A DNA stretch of 64,000 nt from an uncultured Oscillibacter sp. (GTDB taxonomy: Bacteria; Bacillota; Clostridia; Oscillospirales; Oscillospiraceae): assembly GCA_950097265.1 (NCBI GenBank), contig CATNDJ010000009.1, positions 758-64,757 on the forward strand, written 5' to 3'. A model generated the notes under the pieces. That model was not told the DNA's origin. It did not search any database and saw only the letters and a program-made list of their open reading frames with translations. Positions 1-7,866 of the stretch are shown one piece after another; position 1 is the stretch's first letter; the number at the start of each line of letters is the position of its first letter. A program made the translations under genes and the position numbers.

Positions 1-655
1 GCACATCCATCATTCCGCCCAGGATCTCGCCGGAAAACTGGCAGGTGGAAACCGACCCCTCATAGGTCCTCTGGTTCCAGCGGCAGTCCATGCGGTAGGT
101 CCGCTCTTCGCCCCACTCGTTTTCCAGCGTGACTCCGTCGAAGTCCACGCCCGCCCCGCACTCCAGACGGAGCAGATGGCCCTCGTTCTCCACATAGAGA
201 TAGTTCGCATTTCCCACCGTCTCCTTCAAAACGATGGCCGTGTCCAACTGTTCGCTGACATAAGTACTGCAATACCAAATAGTCCCTAGAGTGGCCGCCA
301 GCATCAGCGTCAGAGCCAAGGCCGTCTGCCAGACGTGCTTCCGCCGCTCCGACTTCAGGTTTTCCCGGGAAATCTCCATCAAGTTCTGCACAGGCCGTTC
401 CTCTCTGATGTTCTCCACAATTTCTTCCTCCTCGTCCTTTTGTTCCAGCCTCCGGCAGGCCATCAGCTCCTCCACCCCCAGCCCCAGAGCCTCCGCCAGG
501 GGCTCCAGCAGGGTCACATCCGGGTAGCTCAAGGCCCGCTCCCATTTGCTTACCGCCTTGTCTGTCACATGGACCCGGGCCGCCAAATCCTTTTGCGTCA
601 GCCCGGCGGCCTTCCGGTTCTCGGCGATAAAATTTCCGAATTGCTGTTTGTTCAT
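1..655 (-). CDS. XRE-family HTH regulator with a transmembrane helix and C-terminal domain (runs off the window edge; missing from the ORF track)
   Basis: Manual translation from ATG 655 (SD GAGGTGA upstream): MNKQQFGNFIAENRKAAGLTQKDLAARVHVTDKAVSKWERALSYPDVTLLEPLAEALG (HTH_3 pattern), later VWQTALALTLMLAATLGTIWY (TM); frame stays open to position 2. Confidence 0.85.
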   Translation of the reverse strand, partial: MNKQQFGNFIAENRKAAGLTQKDLAARVHVTDKAVSKWERALSYPDVTLLEPLAEALGLGVEELMACRRLEQKDEEEEIVENIREERPVQNLMEISRENLKSERRKHVWQTALALTLMLAATLGTIWYCSTYVSEQLDTAIVLKETVGNANYLYVENEGHLLRLECGAGVDFDGVTLENEWGEERTYRMDCRWNQRTYEGSVSTCQFSGEILGGMMDV

Positions 656-784
656 GCGATTCACCTCCCCGTTAGTGTACACCAACGCCAAGGAAAAAAT
701 CAACCGACCAGCGGTAGAATCCGGCGAAACCCGTTGATTCCAGGCGTTTCCAGGATCGGGAAAATGCTTCCCCGGCTTCCAGTT

Positions 785-817
785 TTTAAGGTTGGGCTAA
801 GAAACCTCCTGTATGAT
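785..817 (+). promoter_or_regulatory. OmpR/CiaR-type direct repeat TTTAAG-N5-GCTAAG in place of a -35, 10 bp before -10 TATGAT
   Basis: tttaag(785-790) gttgg gctaag(796-801) aaacctcctg tatgat(812-817); no canonical -35. Confidence 0.55.
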
Positions 818-850
818 GCCCCCATCCTGTTCAACGAAAGGAGCCCAAGC

Positions 851-1522
851 ATGAAGCCTCGACACGAGTGGAAGCACGAGATTACCGCCGCCGACCGCCT
901 GGTCCTCGCCTCCCGCCTCTCCGCAATCGCCCGGCGGGACGTCCATGGGCAGAACGGCCGCTACGAGATACGCAGCCTGTATTTCGACGATCCCCGGGAC
1001 ACGGCCCTGCGGGAGAAAATCGACGGCGTGGCCAATCGGGAAAAATTCCGAATACGGTTTTATGGCGGCGACGCCTCTTACATCTGCCTGGAGAAAAAGA
1101 GCAAATGGGACGGCCTGTGCGGCAAGCGCTCCGTCCTCCTCAGCGCCCAGGAGGTCCAGGATCTCCTGAACGGCGACCTGGGCTGGATGCCGGACAGCGG
1201 CAGGCCCCTGGTCCAGGAGCTCTATTGGAAGATGAAATCCAACGTTCTACGGCCCAGGACCATTGTGGATTACACCCGGGACGCTTTCGTCTTCCCCGCC
1301 GGAAACGTGCGGGTCACCCTGGATTACAACATCCGTACCGGCCTGGGGTCCACGGATTTCCTGAATCCCGCTGCCGTCACCGTCCCCGCCGGGGCCGCTC
1401 CCAGCATTCTGGAGGTAAAGTGGGATGAATTTCTTCCCGATATCATCCGGGAAGCCGTGCAGCTTCCGGGGCGGCATACCTCCGCCTTTTCCAAATACGC
1501 GGCCTGCCGCATTTATGGATAA
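851..1522 (+). CDS. VTC-domain (polyphosphate polymerase / TTM-fold) protein
   Basis: SD AAAGGAG then ATG 851; motifs RHEWKH, IRSLYFDD, REKFRIRFY, LEKKSK, VDYTRDAF, VRVTLD, ILEVKWD, FSKY. The ORF-track extension to 335 is spurious. Confidence 0.9.
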   Translation: MKPRHEWKHEITAADRLVLASRLSAIARRDVHGQNGRYEIRSLYFDDPRDTALREKIDGVANREKFRIRFYGGDASYICLEKKSKWDGLCGKRSVLLSAQEVQDLLNGDLGWMPDSGRPLVQELYWKMKSNVLRPRTIVDYTRDAFVFPAGNVRVTLDYNIRTGLGSTDFLNPAAVTVPAGAAPSILEVKWDEFLPDIIREAVQLPGRHTSAFSKYAACRIYG

Positions 1523-1543
1523 CAGAGAAAGGAAACGATTATT

Positions 1544-2218
1544 ATGACTACTTTTCAGGACATCTTCAAATCCAGCTTTCTGGAGAACGTCACCAGCGTC
1601 AGCCTCCTGGACATGAGCCTGGCCCTTATCCTGGCCTTTGGCTTGGGGCTGTTCATCTTCCTGGTTTACAAGAAGACCTTCACCGGCGTCATGTACTCCT
1701 CCGGCTTCGGCGTGACCCTGGTGGCTTTGACCATGATTACCACCATGGTCATCCTGGCGGTCACCAGCAACGTGGTGCTGTCCCTGGGCATGGTGGGCGC
1801 GCTGTCCATCGTCCGCTTCCGCACCGCCATCAAGGAGCCCCTGGATATCGCCTTTCTCTTCTGGGCCATCGCCGTAGGCATCGTCCTGGCGGCGGGGCTG
1901 ATTCCGCTGGCGGTGTTCGGAAGCGTGGTCATCGGCCTGATGCTGCTGATCTTTGTCAACCGGAAGTCCCGCTGCGACCCCTACATCGCCGTCCTCCAGT
2001 GCGACGGCCAGGAGAGTGAGACCCGGGCGGCGGAGTTCCTCCGGCAGAACACCCGCCGCTGTGTGGTGAAGTGCAAGACCGTTCAAAAGGACGCGGTGGA
2101 ACTGAATCTGGAGATTCGCCTGAAGGATGAAAACACCGCCTTCATCAACGCCCTGGCAGACCTTCCCGGCGTCCGCAGCGCGGTGCTGGTGAGCTACAAC
2201 GGGGACTACATGGGGTGA
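1544..2218 (+). CDS. DUF4956 membrane protein (MgtC-like TM region plus C-terminal soluble domain)
   Basis: SLGMVGALSIVRFRTAIKEPLDIAFLFWAIAVGI hallmark; several TM helices. Confidence 0.9.
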   Translation: MTTFQDIFKSSFLENVTSVSLLDMSLALILAFGLGLFIFLVYKKTFTGVMYSSGFGVTLVALTMITTMVILAVTSNVVLSLGMVGALSIVRFRTAIKEPLDIAFLFWAIAVGIVLAAGLIPLAVFGSVVIGLMLLIFVNRKSRCDPYIAVLQCDGQESETRAAEFLRQNTRRCVVKCKTVQKDAVELNLEIRLKDENTAFINALADLPGVRSAVLVSYNGDYMG

Positions 2219-4047
2219 GCCCGATGTCGACTCACAAATACATCGATAAAGTCTGCGCCGCGGCCCTGGTCCTCTGCCTTTTGCTGACCGCCGCTTTTAT
2301 GCGCGGAGAAGCCCTGGGCATCCGGCCCGCCGCGTCGGTCATGGGCTACGAGACCCGGCTTTTTGACACGGGACAGGTGCATACCATCGACATCGTTATG
2401 GACAATTGGGACGGCTTCCTGGAGACCTGTGAAAACGAAGAATACGCCCAGTGCGCCGTGGTGATTGACGGCGAGGCATTCCAAAACACCGCCGTCCGGG
2501 CCAAAGGCAATACCTCCCTCTCCATGGTCTCCGCCATGGACAGCAGCCGCTACAGCTTCAAGCTGGAATTTGACCACTATGACAGCGGCAGGACTTACTA
2601 TGGCCTGGATAAACTGAGCCTGAATAATATCATACAGGACACCACCTATATGAAAGACTACCTCACCTATCAAATGATGGGGGCCTTTGGGGTGGACGCG
2701 CCGCTGTGCAGTTACGTTTACATCACGGTCAACGGCCAGGACTGGGGCCTGTATCTGGCGGTGGAAGGCGTGGAGGATGCGTTTCTCAGGCGAAACTACG
2801 GCGGTGATCCCGGTGAGCTCTACAAGCCGGACAGCATGAGCTTCGGCGGCGGACGGGGCAACGGCCGGGAATTTGACATGGAGAAATTCGTGAACTCCGA
2901 TGAGGAAGATACCCAAGGCCACTTTTCTCCCGACGGCGCGCCTCCCTCCCCGCCGGATGGCGAATCATTCAGGCAGAACAGTCCCGGAGAAGGGAAAAAA
3001 GGCGGCTTCGGCGGCGGGCCCGGAGGCGGTATGGGCGGCGACGATGTGAAACTCAGGTACATTGACAGCGACCCGGACAGCTATTCCAATATCTTTCAAA
3101 ATGCCAAAACGGACGTCAGCAAAGCGGACCAAACCCGGCTCATCGCCGCCCTGAAGGCCCTCAGCGAGGGCGAAAACCTGGAAAATGTCCTGGATATCGA
3201 CGAGGTTCTGCGCTATTTCGTGGTCCACAACTTTGTCCGCAACGGAGACAGCTATACCGGCTCCATGGTCCACAACTACTACCTCTACGAAGAGGACGGC
3301 CGGCTTTCCATGATTCCCTGGGATTACAACCTGTCCTACGGCACCTTCCAGGGCGGAAACGCGGGCAGCGAGGTCAATGCCCCCATCGACTCTCCTGTCA
3401 GCCGCGGAGACAGCCGCCCGATGGTGGATTGGATCTTTGACAGCCCAGAGTATACGGAGCTGTACCACCAGTACTTCCGGGAATTCCTGGAGACTGTGGA
3501 TCCGGCGGCGCTGATAGACGATGCGGCGGCGCTGATTGCCCCCTATGTGGAAAAGGACCCCACCTGGTTCTATACTTATGCAGAGTTTGAGACCGGCGTG
3601 GAGACCCTTCGGGAGTTCTGCCGCCTCCGGACGGAGAGCATTGCGGGACAACTGGACGGTCTCATCCCCTCTACAGAGGCCGGACAGGCGGCAGACGGCT
3701 CCGCCTTGGTGGACGCCTCTTCTATTACCCTCTCCGATATGGGCACGATGAATCGGAGCGGAGGCTTTGGAGGCGGCGGACCGCAGTTCTCTCCGACCGG
3801 CGGCAGTCCGGAAGAGCCAGGCTCCCCGCCTGACCAGGAGGGTGCGGACATACCGGCAATGGAGATCCCGCCCACAGAAGTTCTGCGGCAGGGATTCCCC
3901 GAGTGGCCCGGAGAAGGCTTCCGGGGATTTCCGGGTGAAGCCTCCTCCGCTGCAAACGGAAGCGCTTTGCTGCTAACGGCAGCGTGCCTGACCGTCCTCT
4001 TGGCAGGAATTATAACCGCCTTTTTCTACCGGCGCAGGAAAAGATAA
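2215..4047 (+). CDS. CotH-family atypical protein kinase, membrane anchored
   Basis: RAKGNTSL, SFKLEFD, KLSLNN, YLAVEGVE, LYKP, NGDSY, HNYYLY, IPWDYNLSYG; hydrophobic N-terminus and C-terminal TM plus RRRKR; GTGA overlap with the upstream stop (ATG 2224 is an alternative start). Confidence 0.9.
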   Translation: MSPMSTHKYIDKVCAAALVLCLLLTAAFMRGEALGIRPAASVMGYETRLFDTGQVHTIDIVMDNWDGFLETCENEEYAQCAVVIDGEAFQNTAVRAKGNTSLSMVSAMDSSRYSFKLEFDHYDSGRTYYGLDKLSLNNIIQDTTYMKDYLTYQMMGAFGVDAPLCSYVYITVNGQDWGLYLAVEGVEDAFLRRNYGGDPGELYKPDSMSFGGGRGNGREFDMEKFVNSDEEDTQGHFSPDGAPPSPPDGESFRQNSPGEGKKGGFGGGPGGGMGGDDVKLRYIDSDPDSYSNIFQNAKTDVSKADQTRLIAALKALSEGENLENVLDIDEVLRYFVVHNFVRNGDSYTGSMVHNYYLYEEDGRLSMIPWDYNLSYGTFQGGNAGSEVNAPIDSPVSRGDSRPMVDWIFDSPEYTELYHQYFREFLETVDPAALIDDAAALIAPYVEKDPTWFYTYAEFETGVETLREFCRLRTESIAGQLDGLIPSTEAGQAADGSALVDASSITLSDMGTMNRSGGFGGGGPQFSPTGGSPEEPGSPPDQEGADIPAMEIPPTEVLRQGFPEWPGEGFRGFPGEASSAANGSALLLTAACLTVLLAGIITAFFYRRRKR

Positions 4048-4100
4048 AACCGGACCGCCGTCCCCTCTTGAACGGGCGGCGGTCTGGTTCTATTCTTTTT
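4048..4100 (+). terminator. Intrinsic terminator of the VTC operon
   Basis: aaccggaccgccgtccc...gggcggcggtctggtt followed by a T-rich tract. Confidence 0.7.
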
Positions 4101-4148
4101 GCGGATCAATTTATTGAACAAAATCCAGCTTTTGTTTAATAATTGCAG

Positions 4149-4183
4149 AAAGAAACAGGACAGGCTGTTTTGGCCTGTCCTGT
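4149..4183 (-). terminator. Terminator after yebC
   Basis: acaggacaggc / gcctgtcctgt 11-bp stem with a U-rich tract on the minus strand. Confidence 0.75.
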
Positions 4184-4190
4184 GCTGGAA

Positions 4191-4925
4191 TCAGTCATTG
4201 TCCCAGTTGTGCCAGACGTTTTGTACGTCGTCGCTGTCTTCCAGCATGTCGATGAGCTTCTGCATGTTTTTTACGTCGCCCTCTCCGCTGAGCGTAATGT
4301 AGTTCTGGGGCACCATTTCCACATCAGCGTTAACAAAGCTGTACCCCTTCTCCTCCAGAGCTTTTACCACGTCGTTAAAGGCGTCCGGATCGCAGGTGAT
4401 CTCCAGGGCGGGCCCGTCGGCCTCGAAGTCGGCGGCTCCGGCGTCCAGGGCGTCCATCATGACGGTTTCCTCGTCCAGCTCTCCATCCTCATTGTCGATG
4501 ACAATGACGCCTTTTTTATCAAAGGACCAGGATACGCAGCCGATGGCCCCCAGGTTGCCGTTGCACTTGTCAAAAGCGTGGCGGACTTCCGGCGCGGTGC
4601 GCTGGCGGTTGTCGGTCAGGGCCTCCACAATGACGGCCACCCCGCCCGGACCGTAGCCCTCGTAGGTGACGGCCTCGTAGCTGTCGGTATTTCCCGCTCC
4701 CAGGGCTTTGTCGATGGTCCGTTTGATGTTGTCGTTGGGCATATTGACCGCTTTGGCTTTGGCTATGACCGTCGCCAGGCGGGAGTTATTGTTGGGGTCG
4801 CCGGATCCCCCTTCTTTTACTGCGACGATGATTTCCCGCGCAATCTTCGTGAAGGCGGCGGAGCGCTTGGCGTCGGCCGCGCCTTTGGTTTTCTGGATAT
4901 TATGCCACTTGGAATGTCCCGACAT
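4191..4925 (-). CDS. yebC: YebC/PmpR-family protein
   Basis: MSGHSKWHNIQKTKG, YEGYGPGGVA, DDVQNVWHN. Confidence 0.95.
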   Translation of the reverse strand: MSGHSKWHNIQKTKGAADAKRSAAFTKIAREIIVAVKEGGSGDPNNNSRLATVIAKAKAVNMPNDNIKRTIDKALGAGNTDSYEAVTYEGYGPGGVAVIVEALTDNRQRTAPEVRHAFDKCNGNLGAIGCVSWSFDKKGVIVIDNEDGELDEETVMMDALDAGAADFEADGPALEITCDPDAFNDVVKALEEKGYSFVNADVEMVPQNYITLSGEGDVKNMQKLIDMLEDSDDVQNVWHNWDND

Positions 4926-4930
4926 AACGT

Positions 4931-5719
4931 TTATTCTCCTTCCACATAATACTGAATCGCTTCCCTATGGGCCGCAGATTTTTGGACCTGCAATTCCGGA
5001 AACCGCCCGGACAAAAACGCGGCAACTTCCCCGCAGACCGGATCTTCCGTGGGGAAATGTCCTGCGTCAACGAGGTTGATCCCCTTGACCTTCGCATCCA
5101 CAAACTGGTGATAGCTCAAATCGGAGGTGACAAAGGTGTCGCACCCGGCGGCGATGGCGGCGTCCTCAAATTCTCCGCAGGCGCCTCCGCCCACAGCCAC
5201 CCGGTGGACGGGCTTCCCCGCGTCGCTGTACCGCACACCATTGCAGCCCAAGGTCCTCGAGACAAAGCGGACGAACTCCGGCAGCGTCAAGGGTTCCGCC
5301 AGCCAGCCGCAGCGCCCCACACCCTCGCCGGTGAAGCGCTCCGGTTCCTGAATGCCCAGTATCCGGGCCAGAACGTCGTTGACGCCGCCTTCCGCCACGT
5401 CCAGGTTCGTGTGCATGCAGATGGCGGACACGTTGGCCCGCAGCAGCCGCGTCAGTAGGCTCCCCTGAAAGGTATCGTCCCGCACCGTCTGCACCTGGGA
5501 CCACTTGCAGTTCATAATGGGATGGTGGGAGACAATCAGCTGACAGCCCGCCGCAATGGCCTCTTCCGCCACGGCGTGGGTAATGTCCAGCGCCACCATG
5601 CAGCGGCCAACCTCCTGAGCAGGATTCCCCAGCAGATGGCCCACATTGTCCCAGTCCATGGCTCCTTCCCGGGGAGCCAGCTCAAACAAAGCCGCTTCGA
5701 TTTCACCGACTGTTGGCAC
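4931..5719 (-). CDS. Nif3-like dinuclear metal-centre protein (YqfO/YbgI)
   Basis: WDNVG, VSHHP, HTNLD, DAGHFPTE. Confidence 0.92.
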   Translation of the reverse strand: MPTVGEIEAALFELAPREGAMDWDNVGHLLGNPAQEVGRCMVALDITHAVAEEAIAAGCQLIVSHHPIMNCKWSQVQTVRDDTFQGSLLTRLLRANVSAICMHTNLDVAEGGVNDVLARILGIQEPERFTGEGVGRCGWLAEPLTLPEFVRFVSRTLGCNGVRYSDAGKPVHRVAVGGGACGEFEDAAIAAGCDTFVTSDLSYHQFVDAKVKGINLVDAGHFPTEDPVCGEVAAFLSGRFPELQVQKSAAHREAIQYYVEGE

Positions 5720-6401
5720 GCCGCCACTCCTCTCTCATGGACAGCAGCGCGGTGATGATTTCCCGCAGCGCGTCCCCTTTTTCCCGCCCGCCGCCGGAGC
5801 GGTTAAGTCCCGCCACCGCCGTCTGAAGGCGAATAATCTTTTGAATGATGTACCGTTCCCCCAACGGATCGTGAAGCAAGGCCGCCCCTCCGTGGAGCTG
5901 GCCCAAGGTCAGGGACATCTCCCCTCCCCCGGCCTCCATGACCGGGTAGATGGTCCCCCGGTCCTCCACCAGCGCCTCCCGGCGGATGGCATAACCGTTT
6001 TCCGCCAAAAAGGCCCGGAGGACCTCCGCCCGTGTCTGGGGCTGGAGCAGCAGCGTATGCGTTCCGTCGGCAGTCCACGGAGCCCGGGCCAGAATGGAGG
6101 CGATATTCTCGCCCCCCATTCCGGCGACGGCGATGGTATCCGCCTCCTCCGGCGACACCACCTCCAGCCCGTTTCCCTGCCGGAAGTCAACGCCGTCTGC
6201 ACCGTAGGTCCTCCCTGTCTCCCGAGCCCGGGCCAGGGGTCCTTCCCGCAGATCACAGGCAATGGCAAAGACCACGCGCCCATGGAGCCGGAGCCACACA
6301 GGAAGGTAGGCGTGATCCGTGCCAACATCGGCGAGCCGCGCGCCGGGAGGCACCCAGTCTGCCAGCAGCTGAAGGCGGGGCGTCAGTTCCAGCGTTCTCA
6401 A
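5703..6401 (-). CDS. trmK: tRNA (adenine22-N1)-methyltransferase
   Basis: RL..LADWV, ADVGTDHAYLP, IAGMGG, LLQPQ; usual trmK-nif3 adjacency. Confidence 0.9.
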   Translation of the reverse strand: MRTLELTPRLQLLADWVPPGARLADVGTDHAYLPVWLRLHGRVVFAIACDLREGPLARARETGRTYGADGVDFRQGNGLEVVSPEEADTIAVAGMGGENIASILARAPWTADGTHTLLLQPQTRAEVLRAFLAENGYAIRREALVEDRGTIYPVMEAGGGEMSLTLGQLHGGAALLHDPLGERYIIQKIIRLQTAVAGLNRSGGGREKGDALREIITALLSMREEWRRANSR

Positions 6402-6408
6402 GGCGGAA

Positions 6409-6618
6409 TCACTCCGCCTTTTTATTGGCCTCTTCGTTCACCAGGGCCAGCAGCTTTTCCACGTCGATGCCGTGGACCATGCAGGCCTCTTCCACGGTCT
6501 CTCCGCGGGAGGACGGGCAGCCCAGGCAGTGCATGCCGATGGACAGGAAAATGGGCGCGGTCTGAGGGGCGATGTCCAGAATATCGCCGATGATGGTGTC
6601 TTTTGTAATCTCAATCAT
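6409..6618 (-). CDS. DUF1858 / hybrid-cluster-associated redox disulfide domain protein
   Basis: ITKDTIIGDIL...GMHCLGCPSSRGETVEEACMVHGID. Confidence 0.9.
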   Translation of the reverse strand: MIEITKDTIIGDILDIAPQTAPIFLSIGMHCLGCPSSRGETVEEACMVHGIDVEKLLALVNEEANKKAE

Positions 6619-6715
6619 TTTAGGATTCCTCCGTATTAAAAATGGGATTCAGCGTTCAGCCGTTTGGGCCGCCGTTCCTCCGGAAGAAATTTCCGCAGAC
6701 GGCTATCGTTCAGCT

Positions 6716-6744
6716 ATTATACTCTATTATTTGCCCGAATTCAA
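6716..6744 (-). promoter_or_regulatory. sigmaA promoter of the DUF1858-trmK-nif3-yebC run
   Basis: TTGAAT-17-TATAAT on the minus strand. Confidence 0.7.
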
Positions 6745-6765
6745 TAGAAAATCCGACAAAAGGCG

Positions 6766-6800
6766 AAAAACACCCCCACGCTTTTGCGTGGAGGTGTTTT
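6766..6800 (-). terminator. Terminator after the zinc-ribbon gene
   Basis: aaaacacccccacgc-tttt-gcgtggaggtgtttt. Confidence 0.75.
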
Positions 6801-6839
6801 CATTAGAATTGGCACAAGAGACGAAACCGGAAAAACCGA

Positions 6840-7121
6840 TTAGCGCTGCTCTTCGCGCATCTTGGCGAAGCACTCGCTGCAGTAAACCGGACGGTCAGAA
6901 CGGGGCTCAAAGGGCACGCGGGCCTCGCCGCCGCAGGCAGCGCAGACAGCGGTGAAATACTCCCGGGGACCGCGGGCGGCGTTCTTGCGGGCGTCGCGGC
7001 AGGCCTTGCAGCGCTGGGGCTCGTTCTGGAAGCCGCGCTCAGCGTAGAACTCCTGCTCACCGGCGGTGAACACGAATTCCTGACCACACTCTTTGCACAC
7101 TAAGGTCTTGTCTTCGTACAT
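6840..7121 (-). CDS. Zinc-ribbon / CxxC-x17-CxxC domain protein
   Basis: DKTLVCKECG..FVFTAGEQEFY..RGFQNEPQRCKACR and CAACG..ARVPFEP..DRPVYCSECF. Confidence 0.9.
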   Translation of the reverse strand: MYEDKTLVCKECGQEFVFTAGEQEFYAERGFQNEPQRCKACRDARKNAARGPREYFTAVCAACGGEARVPFEPRSDRPVYCSECFAKMREEQR

Positions 7122-7159
7122 GATTTTACCCTCTCTTTGAAAAGAAAATTATATTGCGT

Positions 7160-7801
7160 TCAGCGTTTGCTGAGATCGCCGGAAAGTAATTGCCGCGCCA
7201 CCTTGCGTCGAATGCGCTGCACGGCGTTGTCCACGGATTTCGGGGGCTTGTTCACCGCTTTTGCAATTTCCCTGCAAGAAAGACCGTCCAGATAGAACCC
7301 CAAAATCTTTGCTTCAAACTCGGACAACTGTTTCCGGACACCGGATAAGAGGGCTGCCGTGTGTTCCCTGTCGATCAGGAAATCTTCGGGATTACGCTGC
7401 GCCAAATTACTGGTCCCAGAGGTGAGGGGATTGCTGTCAAAGTGGGAGTCGTCTAGGGATAGCGATTGATTGAGCGGCTGCTGCTTATCCCGCGCCGAGG
7501 CGCGGAGCACAGAATAGAGTCGGCTGCGGATGCAGATCTCTGCGAAGGTGCGGAAGGACGCCTCTTTTCCGGCGTCGTATTCCCGGACGGCCGTAATGAG
7601 GCCCACCATACCCTCCTGCGTGAGATCCTCGCTGTCGCCCCCTGCCAGGAAAAAGGGGCGGGCACAGGTGCGGACTAAGCGGTTATACCGGGTGACAAGA
7701 GTTTCCTCTGCCAAGCGGTCTCCAGCTGCGGCCAGGAGACACAGGGCCTCGTCCGGCTGCCGCTCCAGTTCCGGCACATCGTTCTCGTAAGTATTGTGCA
7801 T
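7160..7801 (-). CDS. sigH: Sigma-H-type RNA polymerase sigma factor
   Basis: DSEDLTQEGMVGL..AVREYD..KEASFRTFAEICI, PLNQSLSLD, KSVDNAVQRIRRK. Confidence 0.85.
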   Translation of the reverse strand: MHNTYENDVPELERQPDEALCLLAAAGDRLAEETLVTRYNRLVRTCARPFFLAGGDSEDLTQEGMVGLITAVREYDAGKEASFRTFAEICIRSRLYSVLRASARDKQQPLNQSLSLDDSHFDSNPLTSGTSNLAQRNPEDFLIDREHTAALLSGVRKQLSEFEAKILGFYLDGLSCREIAKAVNKPPKSVDNAVQRIRRKVARQLLSGDLSKR

Positions 7802-7806
7802 GTTGT

Positions 7807-7836
7807 ATTATACCCATCAGCAAAGGAAAATGTCAA
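7807..7836 (-). promoter_or_regulatory. sigmaA promoter only 5 nt from the sigH ATG
   Basis: TTGACA-18-TATAAT-acaac-ATG on the minus strand. Confidence 0.75.
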
Positions 7837-7866
7837 GCAATTTATCAAAATAAACGGAAATTTTCC

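Noticed and set aside
335-850. Upstream extension of the VTC ORF
   Set aside because: Antisense to the XRE gene; the SD and promoter place the start at 851
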